From Camelus dromedarius (taxonomy: Eukaryota), in assembly GCF_036321535.1 (NCBI RefSeq), contig NC_087437.1, forward strand, positions 116,252,001 to 116,316,000: DNA of 64,000 bases, in the 5' to 3' direction. Position 1 is the stretch's first letter; the number at the start of each line of letters is the position of its first letter. A program made the position numbers and the translations under genes. The notes under the pieces were generated by a model that had not been told where the DNA came from, did not search any database, and saw only the letters and a program-made list of their open reading frames with translations. This document shows, in pieces, positions 27,051-39,200 of this stretch.

Positions 27051-28339
27051 ACAACCACAAATGACCACGGCTCTACCAACGGGGTTCCAAGTTCATATCT
27101 TCAAAACATTAGGAAAGAGGACACTAGGCTGTGAACTGGCCCGACTTGACTGGTGCTTCCCGTCAGAGCCTCTCATTTCTCACGGGGAAGAATATCCCAA
27201 TCCACAGCCTCCCAGAAGCTGCCCCTCCTTCTAGCCATCCTCAGCCCTCAGTGGCCTGAGACATAACATGGGTTTGCAGATGGAAAGAGTGATTTCTCCA
27301 GCAGATAAAACCAAAGGGCCACCCTTTGGAATCCACTGAGAGTCAGCCTTGGCCACCTTGTTCTCCTCCAGTGAACATGGCTGCTTCTGAGGCCGCCTGG
27401 GCAAAGCCGTTGTGTCCTCAGCTGACACTGATGGAGTCAAGAAGTGGATTAAGAACAGGGAACACAGCCGTTGAAGCGAATCCGAGACTGCTATGAAGAG
27501 CGAGGTGGAGGATGGCGCAAGGCCAAAGCCAAAGGCCCCGGCGCGTGTGCGTGTGGCCCCAGTCACAGGATCCAAAGGAAGGAGAGCTAAGCCTCACTGA
27601 GTTTATTTTCCATCATTTTTCAACCTTTTGAGTTCAGTCAACCCCAAATACATTCTTGTCAAGCACTTTTTTCTACTTAATGTTTAAACCCGTGTACCCT
27701 TCAAGCGAAATGTCATCCAGCTACTTTGGATTTGCAGCAAAGAGAGAGATCATCAGTAAAACCTGTTTTGTCAGAAATATTTGACATCCAAGAAAGCTTT
27801 TCAAGCGACTTTTCTTACAAACAGGAAGCTGTTTGGCCAGAGCTTTAAAGTCAGAGTCCCTCGCGTTCTAATTTTAGTCTGGAAGCCCAGAGTTGTGGTT
27901 GGATTTGGGTTTCGTTCGTCCAGGCCTCACTGCTCCATTTGAAGGTACGTGGAATGACATCACCTGGGGCCTGGTTGAGAAACTCCAGGTTTGGGGAGCT
28001 GCTGCCCCCCACTTTTTAAAATTATTTTTCTATGTGTTAGCCCACCATGGAACACACAAGATTTTCCAAGGACATGCAAACTGAAAACTTCTCAAATTTG
28101 ACTCAACAGAGCTCTTAAGTTTTTAGAAGTTCTCAGTATTGTACTAACTAGAGGGAAAGAAAATATTCTTAAATCATACATTTTTTTTTTTAGTAACCAA
28201 GCATCATATGGAAGTTAGCTGGATTATCTCAATGTTGAGAGTTAGATACCCTATAAACACAGGTTGGCTAGTAAAAGTGGGTAAAAGTCTATTGTGAAAC
28301 TAAAGATTCGTCTGTGCTTAATTTTGGCTAATATTTCCA

Positions 28340-28515
28340 CTAGAATTATTTATATTATTTTATAATATAGACTCAGTATCATATAAATAATGTATCATAA
28401 TATCTATATATTTACTGTGAATGTTATATAACATAAATTTTATAATATATAATGTTTACATATCTTATAACATAATATTTCTATGACATTTATATAATAC
28501 ATATAAATAATATGT
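28340..28515. repeat. AT-rich low-complexity tract
   Basis: Degenerate (TA)n/(TAA)n with very few G or C. Confidence 0.75.
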
Positions 28516-28569
28516 TACAGTTTTGATCAGATTCACCATATATTGCTGCTTTAAAAAGTTAATGCTTAT

Positions 28570-28678
28570 TGTATATTGACTGAAACATTATGCTGTAGAT
28601 CAGAAGCTGATACAGCATTGTAAACTGACTATATATTTCAATTGAAAAAAAGAAAAAAAAAATTGAAAAAAAGAATAA
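28570..28678 (+). mobile_element. Very short L1 3' end with poly-A
   Basis: gactgaaacattatgctgta...cattgtaaactgactata...ttcaattgaaaaaaagaaaaaaaaaa. Confidence 0.7.
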
Positions 28679-29089
28679 GGAGACCTATCAGTGGAGACAT
28701 CTGTAGTCTTAACTCCTCATCGAAAGGTTTAATGTTTGCACATAAGTGCAAACATGGACACAATCTTTTATTGTTAAGTTTTCATAAAGTATTTTTCAGT
28801 GAGTCTCCATTAAACCAATTCATTTTTGATAAATATTACAGCAGGTAATTACATACTTTGTATGTACTGAAGAAAAATTAGTACTTAGTCTTCGGCCACT
28901 GTCATTGGCAGTCATTTACCTAGAAGGATGGCGGAGACTAGATGTTTCTGAAAAGTAATACACAGATGTTCTCCATGTCTACTTGCAACAGTGTTATTTT
29001 CCAGTGCTAAGGGGAGGTGAGAGAGCAGGACATTCATCAAGCAAGAACAGCTGCTAAGCTGCTGATATGATCCGACATCAGCATCGCAG

Positions 29090-29245
29090 CATGGTGGTTC
29101 TCAGTGTGTGTTCCTGGCGCAGGGGCATCACCTGGGAACTTTCTGGACATGCACGTTTTTGGGCTCCACCCCAAACCTACTGAGTCAGACACTCCAAGCC
29201 TTCCAGGTGGTTCTGACGCAGCTTGAGTTTGAGCATCTTGGTCAG
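29090..29245. mobile_element. MER5A-like
   Basis: gtggttctcagtgtg...gcatcacctgggaact...ccaccccaaacctactgagtcagacactc...ccaggtggttctga. Confidence 0.8.
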
Positions 29246-29470
29246 GGCGGTGGAGAGCGTGGGCACGGGGGTTCTCAGGGACACCACTGCCACGCGCCCA
29301 CTGTTGAGAACTTGGGTGGGTCATGTCATCTCTCTGTGGCTCCGTTTCCTCCTCACGGGGACGATGATGAGATGATGGTACTGGTCTCTCAGGGCTGGCA
29401 GGAGAGCTCATGGCGTTCACACGTGGAAAGCACGTGGAAGACTGGCTGGTGCGCGGTGCTCTCGGGTTAC
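29246..29470 (+). mobile_element. MIR, unusually GC-rich
   Basis: aacttgggtgggtcatgtcatctctctgtggctccgtttcctc...gatgatggtact...gtggaaagcac. Confidence 0.6.
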
Positions 29471-30653
29471 CTGTGTGTGGTGATGAAGATTGTCACTAGT
29501 GACCTGAAGCTTCATGATTCTTCTCACTAATCTGAATCTGTTTTCTTACTGTCGTTGTTATTTATTCGGATCCTTCCCGCTTCAGAGCATTTCTGGCTCT
29601 ATCCTGACTCTGTTCTTGCTTATTATTTGCACATAGATTTCTCCTAACTGGCCAGGGGCTCTCTGGCCATTTATGGGCTGATTCCCTCTGACAAGGCAGT
29701 GCGCTCCAGCTCGCAGCGGCTGATTTCTTTGACCTCCGTTCTCCTTTCTTGGACAGAACTTTTCCCTCCTGAGGATGGTGATGGGAACTCCCTTTCCATT
29801 TCTTTTCTGCTTTCATTGTTTTATCCCCAGCACGGGTAGTGTGGTTTTTCATACAGACAAGTGTCTATTTCAGTGTGCCTACTGTTTAGTTCTGTTTCCA
29901 GAGTGTGTTTGTGTCTGTGTTCCCTTTATCTCCAGAAAACAAGTGTTACACGGCATAAGCGCTAAGTGACTTCATGTCACGTGTATGCCATTGGCTTGAA
30001 ACAGGAGAGAGTAACGTTGACCTCTCTAGGCAATAGTTTCAAGGACTTCACTTCAATAAGGATATCGCCATTCTAAGAATTAGTCCCAACCCACCTGTAG
30101 GAATCACATAATGAAAACTGGAGAAATAAACACAATTTCCAGAGGCGAAAGAAAACTACTAATGGCTCGTATGGAATATTGCTCATTTGCAGGATTAAGA
30201 GAGGGAAAATTAGAAGAAAATATCTTTTATTCTTCTTTCCACCCTTCACTTTTGGGAAACTGTTCTTGTCCCTTAATATTTCAGAAGTAAAGCCCAGTGG
30301 TTTGCAGAATCTAAGGGAAAAAATCTCAAGCAGTAACATAAAATTATATGAAGTAAAGAAGTCTGCTGAGGAAAGATACTATAAATTAACAGCATATAAT
30401 GAAATGTAAGTGATAAAACAGGTGCAAAGAAGGAGATTAAGGGTCTTGATACAGCGATGATGTAGAGGTCATTTGCCAAACATACTGTGAACACACTGGG
30501 AGGGTCTAGTAAATAAGATGTTATATGCGTTGATAATCAAGACAACTTAAATGATAAAAGAAAATTGTTGTAATTACTTACAATATTGGTGGATCAGAAG
30601 AGAAGTGTGGATGAATGTATGCTTCTGTGTGTAAGACAGATAAAAATGTGGGG

Positions 30654-30675
30654 AGATAGATAAAATAGATGGATG

Positions 30676-30737
<62 letters not shown>

Positions 30738-30745
30738 TAGATAGA
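30654..30745 (+). repeat. Compound (GATA)n/(GACA)n microsatellite
   Basis: Read directly from the sequence. Confidence 0.97.
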
Positions 30746-31429
30746 GTGACAGAGTTTAGGAAGGAGTATTTCAGAAAAGTAGGATGTAAAAGAACCTACT
30801 GGATTTAGAACAGATTGCATTAAATTCTGGAGGTTTAGGAGGGGTTTGCGGTGTACTGACAAGAACACTGGTCTAGCTTCCAAAGACTTTGGACCTCTTT
30901 CCTGCTGCCATGGACCTTCTGTGTGACGGAGACAAGTCACTGCAACCTCCTAGGTCTCCTCGTTTGAAAAATTTGCGTCAGATGCCTTGGATTTGACGGT
31001 CCTTTCAACTCTAATGGTCTCTGACTCAACAGTAATAATGCATTTCCACAGGCGGTAAAAATATTCTAGACGCTTCCCTCCCAGTGGTCACTGTTTACTT
31101 CCCCTGAACTTCCTCTTCCTGCCTCCTTGATTGCCGGTCAGTTGATAGTGGGCCTCAGTGGGGGTGAGTTAACCCACTCTTTCCAAGGTGTTTCACTACT
31201 GAGCTCCGTCCAGAGGGTGGGAATTCCACAGGGAAGGCTGTGGCTGGGGCTTCAACCTCATTCCTGAAGCAGCCTCTGGGCCTTTTCCTCCTCTGGGCAC
31301 CAGGCCAGATTGCAGGGACTGGAGGGGAAAGCCGGGGCCCCAGCCCCTGGGGGAATCAGTCGGGATCACTTCACTGGGTCAGTTTCTTACTCAACACCTG
31401 TGAACTCCACGTGTCCCTCTCTCTTTCAG

Positions 31430-31530
31430 GCAGTAGCAGAGTCCCAGGGTAGCCAGGCGGGTGAAGGGGAGCGAGGACGTCCCACTTGCCTTGAAGAAGA
31501 CGCCACCTGACCTGCTGAGTGAGTAACCAG
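31430..31530 (+). other. KCNJ15: KCNJ15 penultimate (5'UTR) exon with two possible donors, after 31518 and after 31530
   Basis: Strong acceptor tccctctctctttcAG|gcagtagcag. Donors ctga|GTGAGT and ccag|GTCGTT. Sequence resembles the human/rodent KCNJ15 5' leader as I recall it. Confidence 0.8.
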
Positions 31531-33439
31531 GTCGTTCACAGCTCTGAGGGCACAGGGTGTTGAGAGGGAGGGAGTAGGCGGCTACCCTTCGAGTGCTGTC
31601 CGCCAGTAGCTCTTTCCACAGAGAGATGCTCATCCCAAGGCCCCCGCCCCCCATGAGAGGCTCTGGGTCTTATTCCCCCACTTCCGACCGCCATCTTCAA
31701 TAGCCATTGGTGTCCTTGATGCCAACACTAGATGCGCAGAAATGCTGCACAAGAGCTTTCAGCAAAAACAGGGAAGAGATCCAGCTCACCTCGAACCTGG
31801 CTTGTTGCCTCTTTGAAAGAGGTTGAAGCAGAAGCGTCACTGCACTGCCTTCATGTAAGCAGAGCCAAGCTTTCCAGAACCTGGCGGAAGGCTGAGCCTG
31901 GAGCTTTGCTGGTGCCGCAGGACACTTGTGCATCATTCACATACAAAAACTTAATCCTCTGTTTTTGTTTCCATGGATTGAATGGCATGCACTTTCCCCT
32001 GGCAGTTTCTTTCCTTTTTTTTTTTTTTTTTTAAAGTGCATGCAATTACTTGTCAATAAGCTGCATTTGACTTTGGCAGTGCCCGTGTTCTGAGCTTGAC
32101 TACGTACTTGGGCTTTTGTTTCCAAACTTTCATCATGGTTGCTTTCCTCCTGATTACTAAGAAGTCCTGCTGAGGGTCTGACAAAGCCCACACTAAATTA
32201 TATCCTGTACTTTTCTTCTAAATGAATCCCCAAATAAATGAAATAGGCTTCAGCAAGTAAAATGAATTCCAAATAACTGATGGCCCTTCTTTGTGATGAA
32301 AATGAAAAAGTGACTCTCCTCTCTAGGGGGAAAAAAAATCATTTCAAGGGGAGGTCAGTAAATGACACATTCTTACTAACGTAAGAGGAAAATGAAAAAG
32401 CCCAACAGATCCACTGCACTGTCAAGAAATCGTTAGCCTCTAACGGATACAGTTTCAGATTCCTAGAAGGGATTTGCCCAGAGGATTATGTTCAAAACTT
32501 CTACTGAGATAACACTGCTCTAACAGCAAAGATTGTTGCATGAATCACAGACCACTTTCTACCAGTTCCTTTGTAAAGGAGGGAATGTCTTTTATTATTA
32601 TTCTTAAAAATACCAGTGAGGTGGAAAAAAACACACCAACCAGGTTGAGTTACCCTGTAATCACTCACATTATCTTTTCCAAGGAATGTAGGGGTTATTT
32701 GAGCTAAGTCATCAGGCAGGCACTATAAGATGCTGCATGGCCTGACCCCAGCCTGCTCCTGACTGTTCACGCAGGCAGAGCCCTCTCTGGGGCTCAGCGT
32801 GGGAGCCGAGCGCTGCTTCTAGGTAGGTCTGTTCTGCTACAATGTCAGATGCCTGTTTTTACTTACTTGTTCATTAGCTCTTTAAAATAGATTCCTACGC
32901 TGGTTCGACTTAGCTCAAAAGAAGTAAGGCAGAATTTTTTTGCCATTCCTAAATGTCACATCTAATATTGTATGCTGGTAACACTTTTCCAAGAATAACC
33001 AGCCTATCAATCAAGCCATTAACAAAGCTTAATTAGTCACTCTGTTTGGGGGTGTTTGATAACTTAATCTTTTCCACTGTAATCAAGAACTAGGAAAGGT
33101 CATGGACTCCAAATTATTCATTGGATTAGGGAAAATAATGAATTGCTAATACAGGAAACATCTTGCAAAAGGGTAGCTTTTAAAAAATTTTTACTATTAC
33201 TATCCAAGATTTTAAAATTTGTGTTAACGTTCTCCATTGCTGTGTCAAGAATTATCTTATGGATGGCACTCTTTAGTTTCATCAGTCCTGGCCCTAGGCT
33301 CAGTCAACTTATTCTTAAGTTTTCTGTTGCTGGAAATCCATGATAGCTGAACATATAGAAATATTCCTAGTACCCTGTGGGGTAAATGCCTGTGAGTGTG
33401 ATACCACAAAGAGAAGATTAGCATCATTTTTTTGAGCAT

Positions 33440-33650
33440 GAAGCTCTGTTTTGACACTTTATGGCCATTATCTCATTTAACCATCACAAAACCCCTGAAA
33501 AGTGAGCTTTATTCCCATTTTAAAGATTAGGAAGCTGAGGTCCAGAGAGGTTAAATAGATGGCCCCGGGTCACACAGCAGATAAGTTGTGGAGTCAGCAT
33601 TTAACCCAGGTTTGCTTGTCTCCAGAGTCTCTGTTCTTTATGCCACCCTA
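33440..33650 (-). mobile_element. MIR in the last intron
   Basis: attcccattttaaagattaggaagctgaggtccagagaggttaaat...ggtcacacagc...tttaacccagg. Confidence 0.85.
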
Positions 33651-33800
33651 CTGCCTTCCCCAAGAACAAGTTGATTAGTATTGCCTTCAGAATTCTTCTT
33701 TCTTGTAAATGTCCATGTGCATTCATACTTATTTCACATGAGTGTCCTGTTTCTATTTTCTGGACTTTCTACCACCCAAAGTAGTAATGGAAAGTCTTCG

Positions 33801-33816
33801 TCTGTCATTTCCTTAG
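33801..33816 (+). other. KCNJ15: Splice acceptor of the KCNJ15 coding exon (exon starts 33817)
   Basis: tctgtcatttccttAG|gtggt, a pyrimidine tract 20 nt before the ATG. Confidence 0.85.
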
Positions 33817-33836
33817 GTGGTCCCAGGAGTCCGACA

Positions 33837-34964
33837 ATGGAAGCCATCCATGTTGGCATGTCCAGTCCTCCCCTGGTGAAGCCCACGATGGGAGCTGGCC
33901 TCAAGACCAGCAGACCCCGAGTCATGTCCAAGAGTGGACACAGCAACGTGCGAATTGACAAAGTGGATGGCATATACTTGCTTTACCTCCAAGACCTGTG
34001 GACCACTGTCATTGACATGAAGTGGAGATACAAGCTCACCCTGTTTGCTGCCACCTTCGTGATGACCTGGTTCCTTTTTGGAGTGATCTACTATGCCATC
34101 GCCTTCATTCATGGGGACCTAGAGCCCAGTGGGCACTCTTCAAACCGCACCCCCTGCATCATGAAAGTGGACTCCCTCACGGGGGCATTCCTCTTTTCAC
34201 TGGAATCCCAGACGACCATCGGCTACGGCGTCCGCTCCATCACGGAGGAATGCCCTCATGCCATCTTCCTGCTGGTGGCTCAGCTGGTCATCACGACCTT
34301 GATTGAGATCTTCATCACGGGCACCTTCCTGGCCAAAATCGCGAGACCCAAGAAGCGGGCGGAGACCATCAAGTTCAGCCACTGCGCTGTCATCACCAAG
34401 CACAATGGGAAGCTGTGCTTGGTGATCCAGGTGGCCAACATGAGGAAGAGCCTCCTGATTCAGTGCCAGCTCTCGGGCAAGCTCCTGCAGACCCACGTCA
34501 CCAAGGAGGGCGAGCGGATCCTCCTCAACCAGGCCACCGTCAAATTCCACGTGGACTCCTCTTCCGAGAGCCCCTTCCTCATCTTGCCCATGACCTTCTA
34601 CCACGTGCTGGATGAGACCAGCCCCCTGAGGGACCTCACCCCCCAGAACCTCAAGGAGAAGGAGTTTGAGCTTGTGGTCCTTCTCAACGCCACCGTGGAG
34701 TCCACCAGCGCCGTCTGCCAGAGCCGCACATCTTACATCCCGGAGGAGATCTACTGGGGCTTTGAGTTTGTGCCTGTGGTTTCTCTCTCCAAAAACGGCA
34801 AGTACGTGGCTGACTTCAGTCAGTTTGAACAGATCCGGAAGAGCTCAAATTGCATCTCTTACTGTGCAGATTCTGAGAAGCAGAAACTTGAGGAGAAGTA
34901 CAGGCAGGAAGATCAGAGGGAAAGGGAACTGAGGACTCTTTTGCTGCAGCAGAGCAATGTCTGA
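33837..34964 (+). CDS. KCNJ15: Inward-rectifier potassium channel Kir4.2, 375 aa, CDS within one exon
   Basis: ORF from ATG 33837 (acaATGg, strong Kozak context) reads [10 protein letters not shown]...[17 protein letters not shown]...[12 protein letters not shown]. It has two TM helices, the TIGYG selectivity filter, C107/C139, K66 (pH-gate position), E157 (rectification position) and a C-terminal SNV PDZ motif. The ORF-track start at 33681 lies upstream of the splice acceptor at 33816. Confidence 0.98.
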   Translation: MEAIHVGMSSPPLVKPTMGAGLKTSRPRVMSKSGHSNVRIDKVDGIYLLYLQDLWTTVIDMKWRYKLTLFAATFVMTWFLFGVIYYAIAFIHGDLEPSGHSSNRTPCIMKVDSLTGAFLFSLESQTTIGYGVRSITEECPHAIFLLVAQLVITTLIEIFITGTFLAKIARPKKRAETIKFSHCAVITKHNGKLCLVIQVANMRKSLLIQCQLSGKLLQTHVTKEGERILLNQATVKFHVDSSSESPFLILPMTFYHVLDETSPLRDLTPQNLKEKEFELVVLLNATVESTSAVCQSRTSYIPEEIYWGFEFVPVVSLSKNGKYVADFSQFEQIRKSSNCISYCADSEKQKLEEKYRQEDQRERELRTLLLQQSNV

Positions 34965-35631
34965 TGGCAGTGATGTCCCCTCAGCTTAACTCCAGGCTGC
35001 TTCCATGTCTGGGCTCCCTGCAAAAGCAAAAGTCACCTCAAAAAGGAAAATGTGTGGACATGCTCTGAAAAACTGTGCAGACGTACAGACCTTTTCCTTT
35101 GATCTGGAGGGAAAACAAGCATTTCCACGTCTGAGAGGGTTCCTTTCTTTTTAACGCTTTGTCTGAAACCAACTCCCCAAATTCAAATTTTCTAAAATGG
35201 GGCTGCCTCCCAAAGAACTCAGTGGAAGGCAATTGAAACAATGTCCTGCTGGGTGGATAGAACTTTCTCAAGGCTGATATGGAAAGGAAAGGCATTTCTA
35301 TATAAAGTACAAGGTATTTATTCATTCTAAGTATCAAAGATGTTCCAGCCGAGAGGTGAAATGTGGTTCAGTATCCACTTATATCTTTGTTTCAAAACAA
35401 ACCCTTTTTTTTAAGCAGCGAAAATGTGATTTATAATGGAGGCTATCTGATAATACATACAAAGGGGCAGACGGACTCTGCACCCACAACATATAATAAT
35501 TCCATTTTTACCTTTTTCAGTGACTTTAATTACACAGAGTGAAATTGATTGAATCAGGAATTAACAGTTATGAAAACACGTGCAAATGGAGCTGATGTGA
35601 TGGCTCACACTCATGCTTTTGTTGGAATATA

Positions 35632-35800
35632 CTAGACTCTTCCTTTTCAAACTGCGGTTCGCAGACCAGCAGCATCAGCACCATTCAGGAGTTTATTAGG
35701 CACTTAGCCCCACCCGGACTTGGGGAATCAGGCTCTGCATCTTAACAAGACCCCTAAGTGATTCATGTAAAAATGGAAGTTTGAAAATCTCTACTCTGGA
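35632..35800. mobile_element. MER5A-like element inside the KCNJ15 3'UTR
   Basis: ttcaaactgcggttcgcagaccagcagcatcagca...gaatcaggctctgcatcttaacaagaccc...aagtttgaaaatc. Confidence 0.75.
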
Positions 35801-36202
35801 CAATGTTTTCAAAGTAACTTTCTGAAGCCAGGGGACTCTGGACGGACCTGTCCTTTCTCCAGTTCATTATCATGGGTCAATATTCCTTTCAGCCATTCAT
35901 TCTTTATCCATTAGAATACCTTGTCCACAAAGGAGCTGCCACAGACATTCCAAGAACAAAATAATGCTCTTGGGAGTAATGGCTGTCCCTCTCATGCTAA
36001 GTACATGTTTGTTGATTACAGGAGAGAAAAGTTAAGCTGCATAACAGTCAGAAATTTGCTCATATGTGAAAGCTCATATGGTTGGTCGGGGCCGTGAGGA
36101 ACAAGAGGAGCTGAGGATAAGGAATTGAAATGCAGAGGACTCTTTGAAGCGTGAACAAAATTTCATAATCTGATATCATGTAAAAGATGCCCTCAGTATT
36201 TA

Positions 36203-36208
36203 AATAAA
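36203..36208 (+). terminator. Likely proximal polyadenylation signal of KCNJ15
   Basis: AATAAA about 1.24 kb after the stop codon, with TGTA upstream (36179-36182) and GT-rich sequence downstream. Confidence 0.55.
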
Positions 36209-39200
36209 TCTCTTACAACTCCGTGTTAACAGAGGTAACATTTTGCCTTTGGTTGAATTTAGGGGCCAGACACCCAGCATTTCTTTGGGAAAGAGAATAC
36301 ATGGGATGGATTGGCTAAAGGTGCAAAAGATGAGTTTTCGTTTCATTCAAACCAGGACAGATCTGTGTATTCACTCCAGAAGAACGGGAAGTAAGTGCGT
36401 AGGCACCACGCAGAGGTACCCGTGAGCCCACAAATGTGTACCTACAGACCTGCACACAAACCCCCACACAGAGGGATGCGTGCCCTGGCTCTTCAACCCG
36501 AATGACGGAAACATCCATGAAGACCTTTGTGATTAACAGAGCGAGTCCTCAACAAGTTTGCTTACTATATTTTGTTCTACAAGAACCGGAACACCGGGAC
36601 TCAGAGAAGAAGGGGCAAGGAATCTGGATTCCGATTATCAGTGAAATGATGCTCTGCATTACAGCACATCTGGTCACATCATGATGTTAACATGTTTTCA
36701 AGTGTCCTTCCACTAACAGAAAATGTGGCTAAGACCTCTGACCTGGTACTGAACATTTAATGCAGGTGTAAGAATAATGGGGGTTAAGTTGTAAAGGTTT
36801 AAAGAAACAATCTCAATGCACAAGAGGTTATTATCTTTAATTATTCAGGAAGGTTTTTATTTTCTATTGATGATTTTATGGCAGATTGTTTTAGATCTTC
36901 ATTCTCTTAAAAAATCAAATTAGTGTAGATAGATATTAGTTCTTTTAGTTATTAAACCTTTTTTTTTATTGTATAATATGATAGGAAAATAATGCCACAG
37001 GCATGTTTACAGTTTTTCTGTTGCACAACTAAATTTTTTTTCACAATATTTAGAGGTGTGCTGATTTGACTGTGATCAAGCTTAGGAATCTTGCATTCTT
37101 GTATATCGTGCAAAGATGTAGCATAAGATTGAGAAATCTTTTTGTGTGTTGATTTAGCGTATTTATTTTGGCCAAATTTGGAAGACTTGATCATCTGATC
37201 TCTTGCACTACACACAAAATAAATATGCAGTGCCTTAAAATCCAATATTTGTACAGGTCATTAAATCATATTATAACACAATATTCAATAAATAGCTCAA
37301 AAGTTATGTCCAGTTTGAAAATAGCATTTTCCAGGCACACTTACTTATTATTACTTTGTACAAAATCCTCTTGTGTTAATGTGCTAACAAAAGGATTCAG
37401 GTGGCAGAATTATTTGATTATATTTGGACATGACTCTGACTGAAACAGATTCATGCTTAACACCCAACTAAGAATTGTCAAACTAACAGGGTGTTTTGAC
37501 CCCCAAAAAAGTTTTTGTTTGCATTTTGTAGCATTTCCAGTGCATCAGATCTCAGTGAGACCATTTGAAAATGTTGTGTTCTATTTGAGAAATCACAAAA
37601 AGCAGCAAGCAAATCAGTATAATCTGCAAGCCGTGTTTTATTTCAATAATAAAATATATTGTAATTACTTGGTACCCAGCAGCCAATGGCCCCAGACAGC
37701 ATAGCAAATATTTACTCGTTGACAGTCACAAGCCGTCTTTGGTTAGTGGACCAGGTATTTAAATGAATTTAAACATTCGTTTTATTTTTCTTTAAATCAA
37801 GCTTTCAATTTTAATTGACTGATTTCAATCCCATCAAAATGTAATTAAGACATATAAAAAGGATATATGCACAACTGAATCACTATTCTGTGCACCAGAA
37901 ATTAATACAGCATTGTGAACTAACTACATTTCCATAAAAAAAAATGTTAAGACATATGAAAAACGACACCTGCTCCAGTATGAATCTTTCTCCCTTGCTT
38001 AGATCCTCAGTACTCATACGCCATCTGGAGAAAGAAGAAAAGAGAAAAGCAAAGCTAGGAAGACACGAGGCCTTTGCATGGTAGCTCCTTTGCAAGGATC
38101 CCCCTCATCCTTGGGCTTGGTTCTATATTTGGTCACTGTGGTCAAAGGGTCAGACATCCAACCATTTGCATAAAGAAACCTTTTAGTCTCTCAGTCTGGA
38201 CTTTTCTTCTTGCTAGATTTTATCAGGGAAATATTTGAAATGACTAGTTTTGAATGCAAGTTATTTTATCATAGTTTTCTGGGATGGGATTTTCTTCTAA
38301 ATGAAAGGGATTAGCATTTCAAGTCTTGATTTCCACGTTCCGTAGTGTGTACTCCACTTCCAGCATTCGACTTTGCATAGGCTTAAGGTGCACTTAAGTT
38401 TTTTTCCGCTGGGAAGACTTACTCTTGAAGGTCTAAACCTTAACACTTCCCTTCTAACTGATTGAGTACATACATTTTGCCTTTTGTGAATTTCAGTTTA
38501 TCTTTAATCAGAATGATCTACCAACTGGTCCTTGGGTCTGTGAACAGTAATGAATAGATTTGCTCTCAGAGTAAGCTGCTTTATGAACAGAGTTCAAATC
38601 TCCAGGGTGAGAATTTGCAATGAAACAGTATAATTAGAATTTAATTGGAATTTTAAAGAATAAAGGATTTACTTAACTTCTTGAGGCATTAGTGTTTGTC
38701 AGTAGATTTTGTTTTTATTGTTGTGTTGTTTTGATTTTCTAAAAGAAATCTGAAACAAAGTCTTTATCTTCAGAGTAAGGAAGGCAGTGAGAAATGTGTA
38801 AAAAATAAAAACTAATAGTTGGTCAACTAGACTTCCACATAAGAAGACTTCTGTTAGTGGAAAAGAATTTCTTTGCAGGGGAGAATTTGGTCATTCGTTC
38901 TTGCATTACAACAGATTGTGTCAACGTTTTCTTCTGGATTCCAGGAGTAGCCATTTTCCTAGCCTTTAAGAAACACTGATGGGTTTTGTCCAGCTTTTTC
39001 CCCAAGTTCTTCACCTAGCCACTTAATGAAAAATAAACAGGAGGTAGAAATAAAGCTCTACCCATTTGATTTCATCTTCATCCTCTGTCAGTTCTCCTGT
39101 TAGGCTCTGTTTCCTTGCAACTTGACATATGGTTGGTTGACTGTTCATCTTCTTTGCTGCCCACTCTGTCAAGTCATGTAAATCCTGCGGGTTAAAAATA

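Noticed and set aside
33681..33816. 52-codon N-terminal extension in the ORF track (427 aa), including in-frame ATG 33738
   Set aside because: It starts at TTG in pyrimidine-rich intron sequence upstream of the acceptor at 33816 and has no Kir similarity. It would need intron retention.
34197..34604. 135-aa antisense ORF and other short ORFs overlapping KCNJ15
   Set aside because: Expected shadows of a CDS with GC-rich third codon positions.
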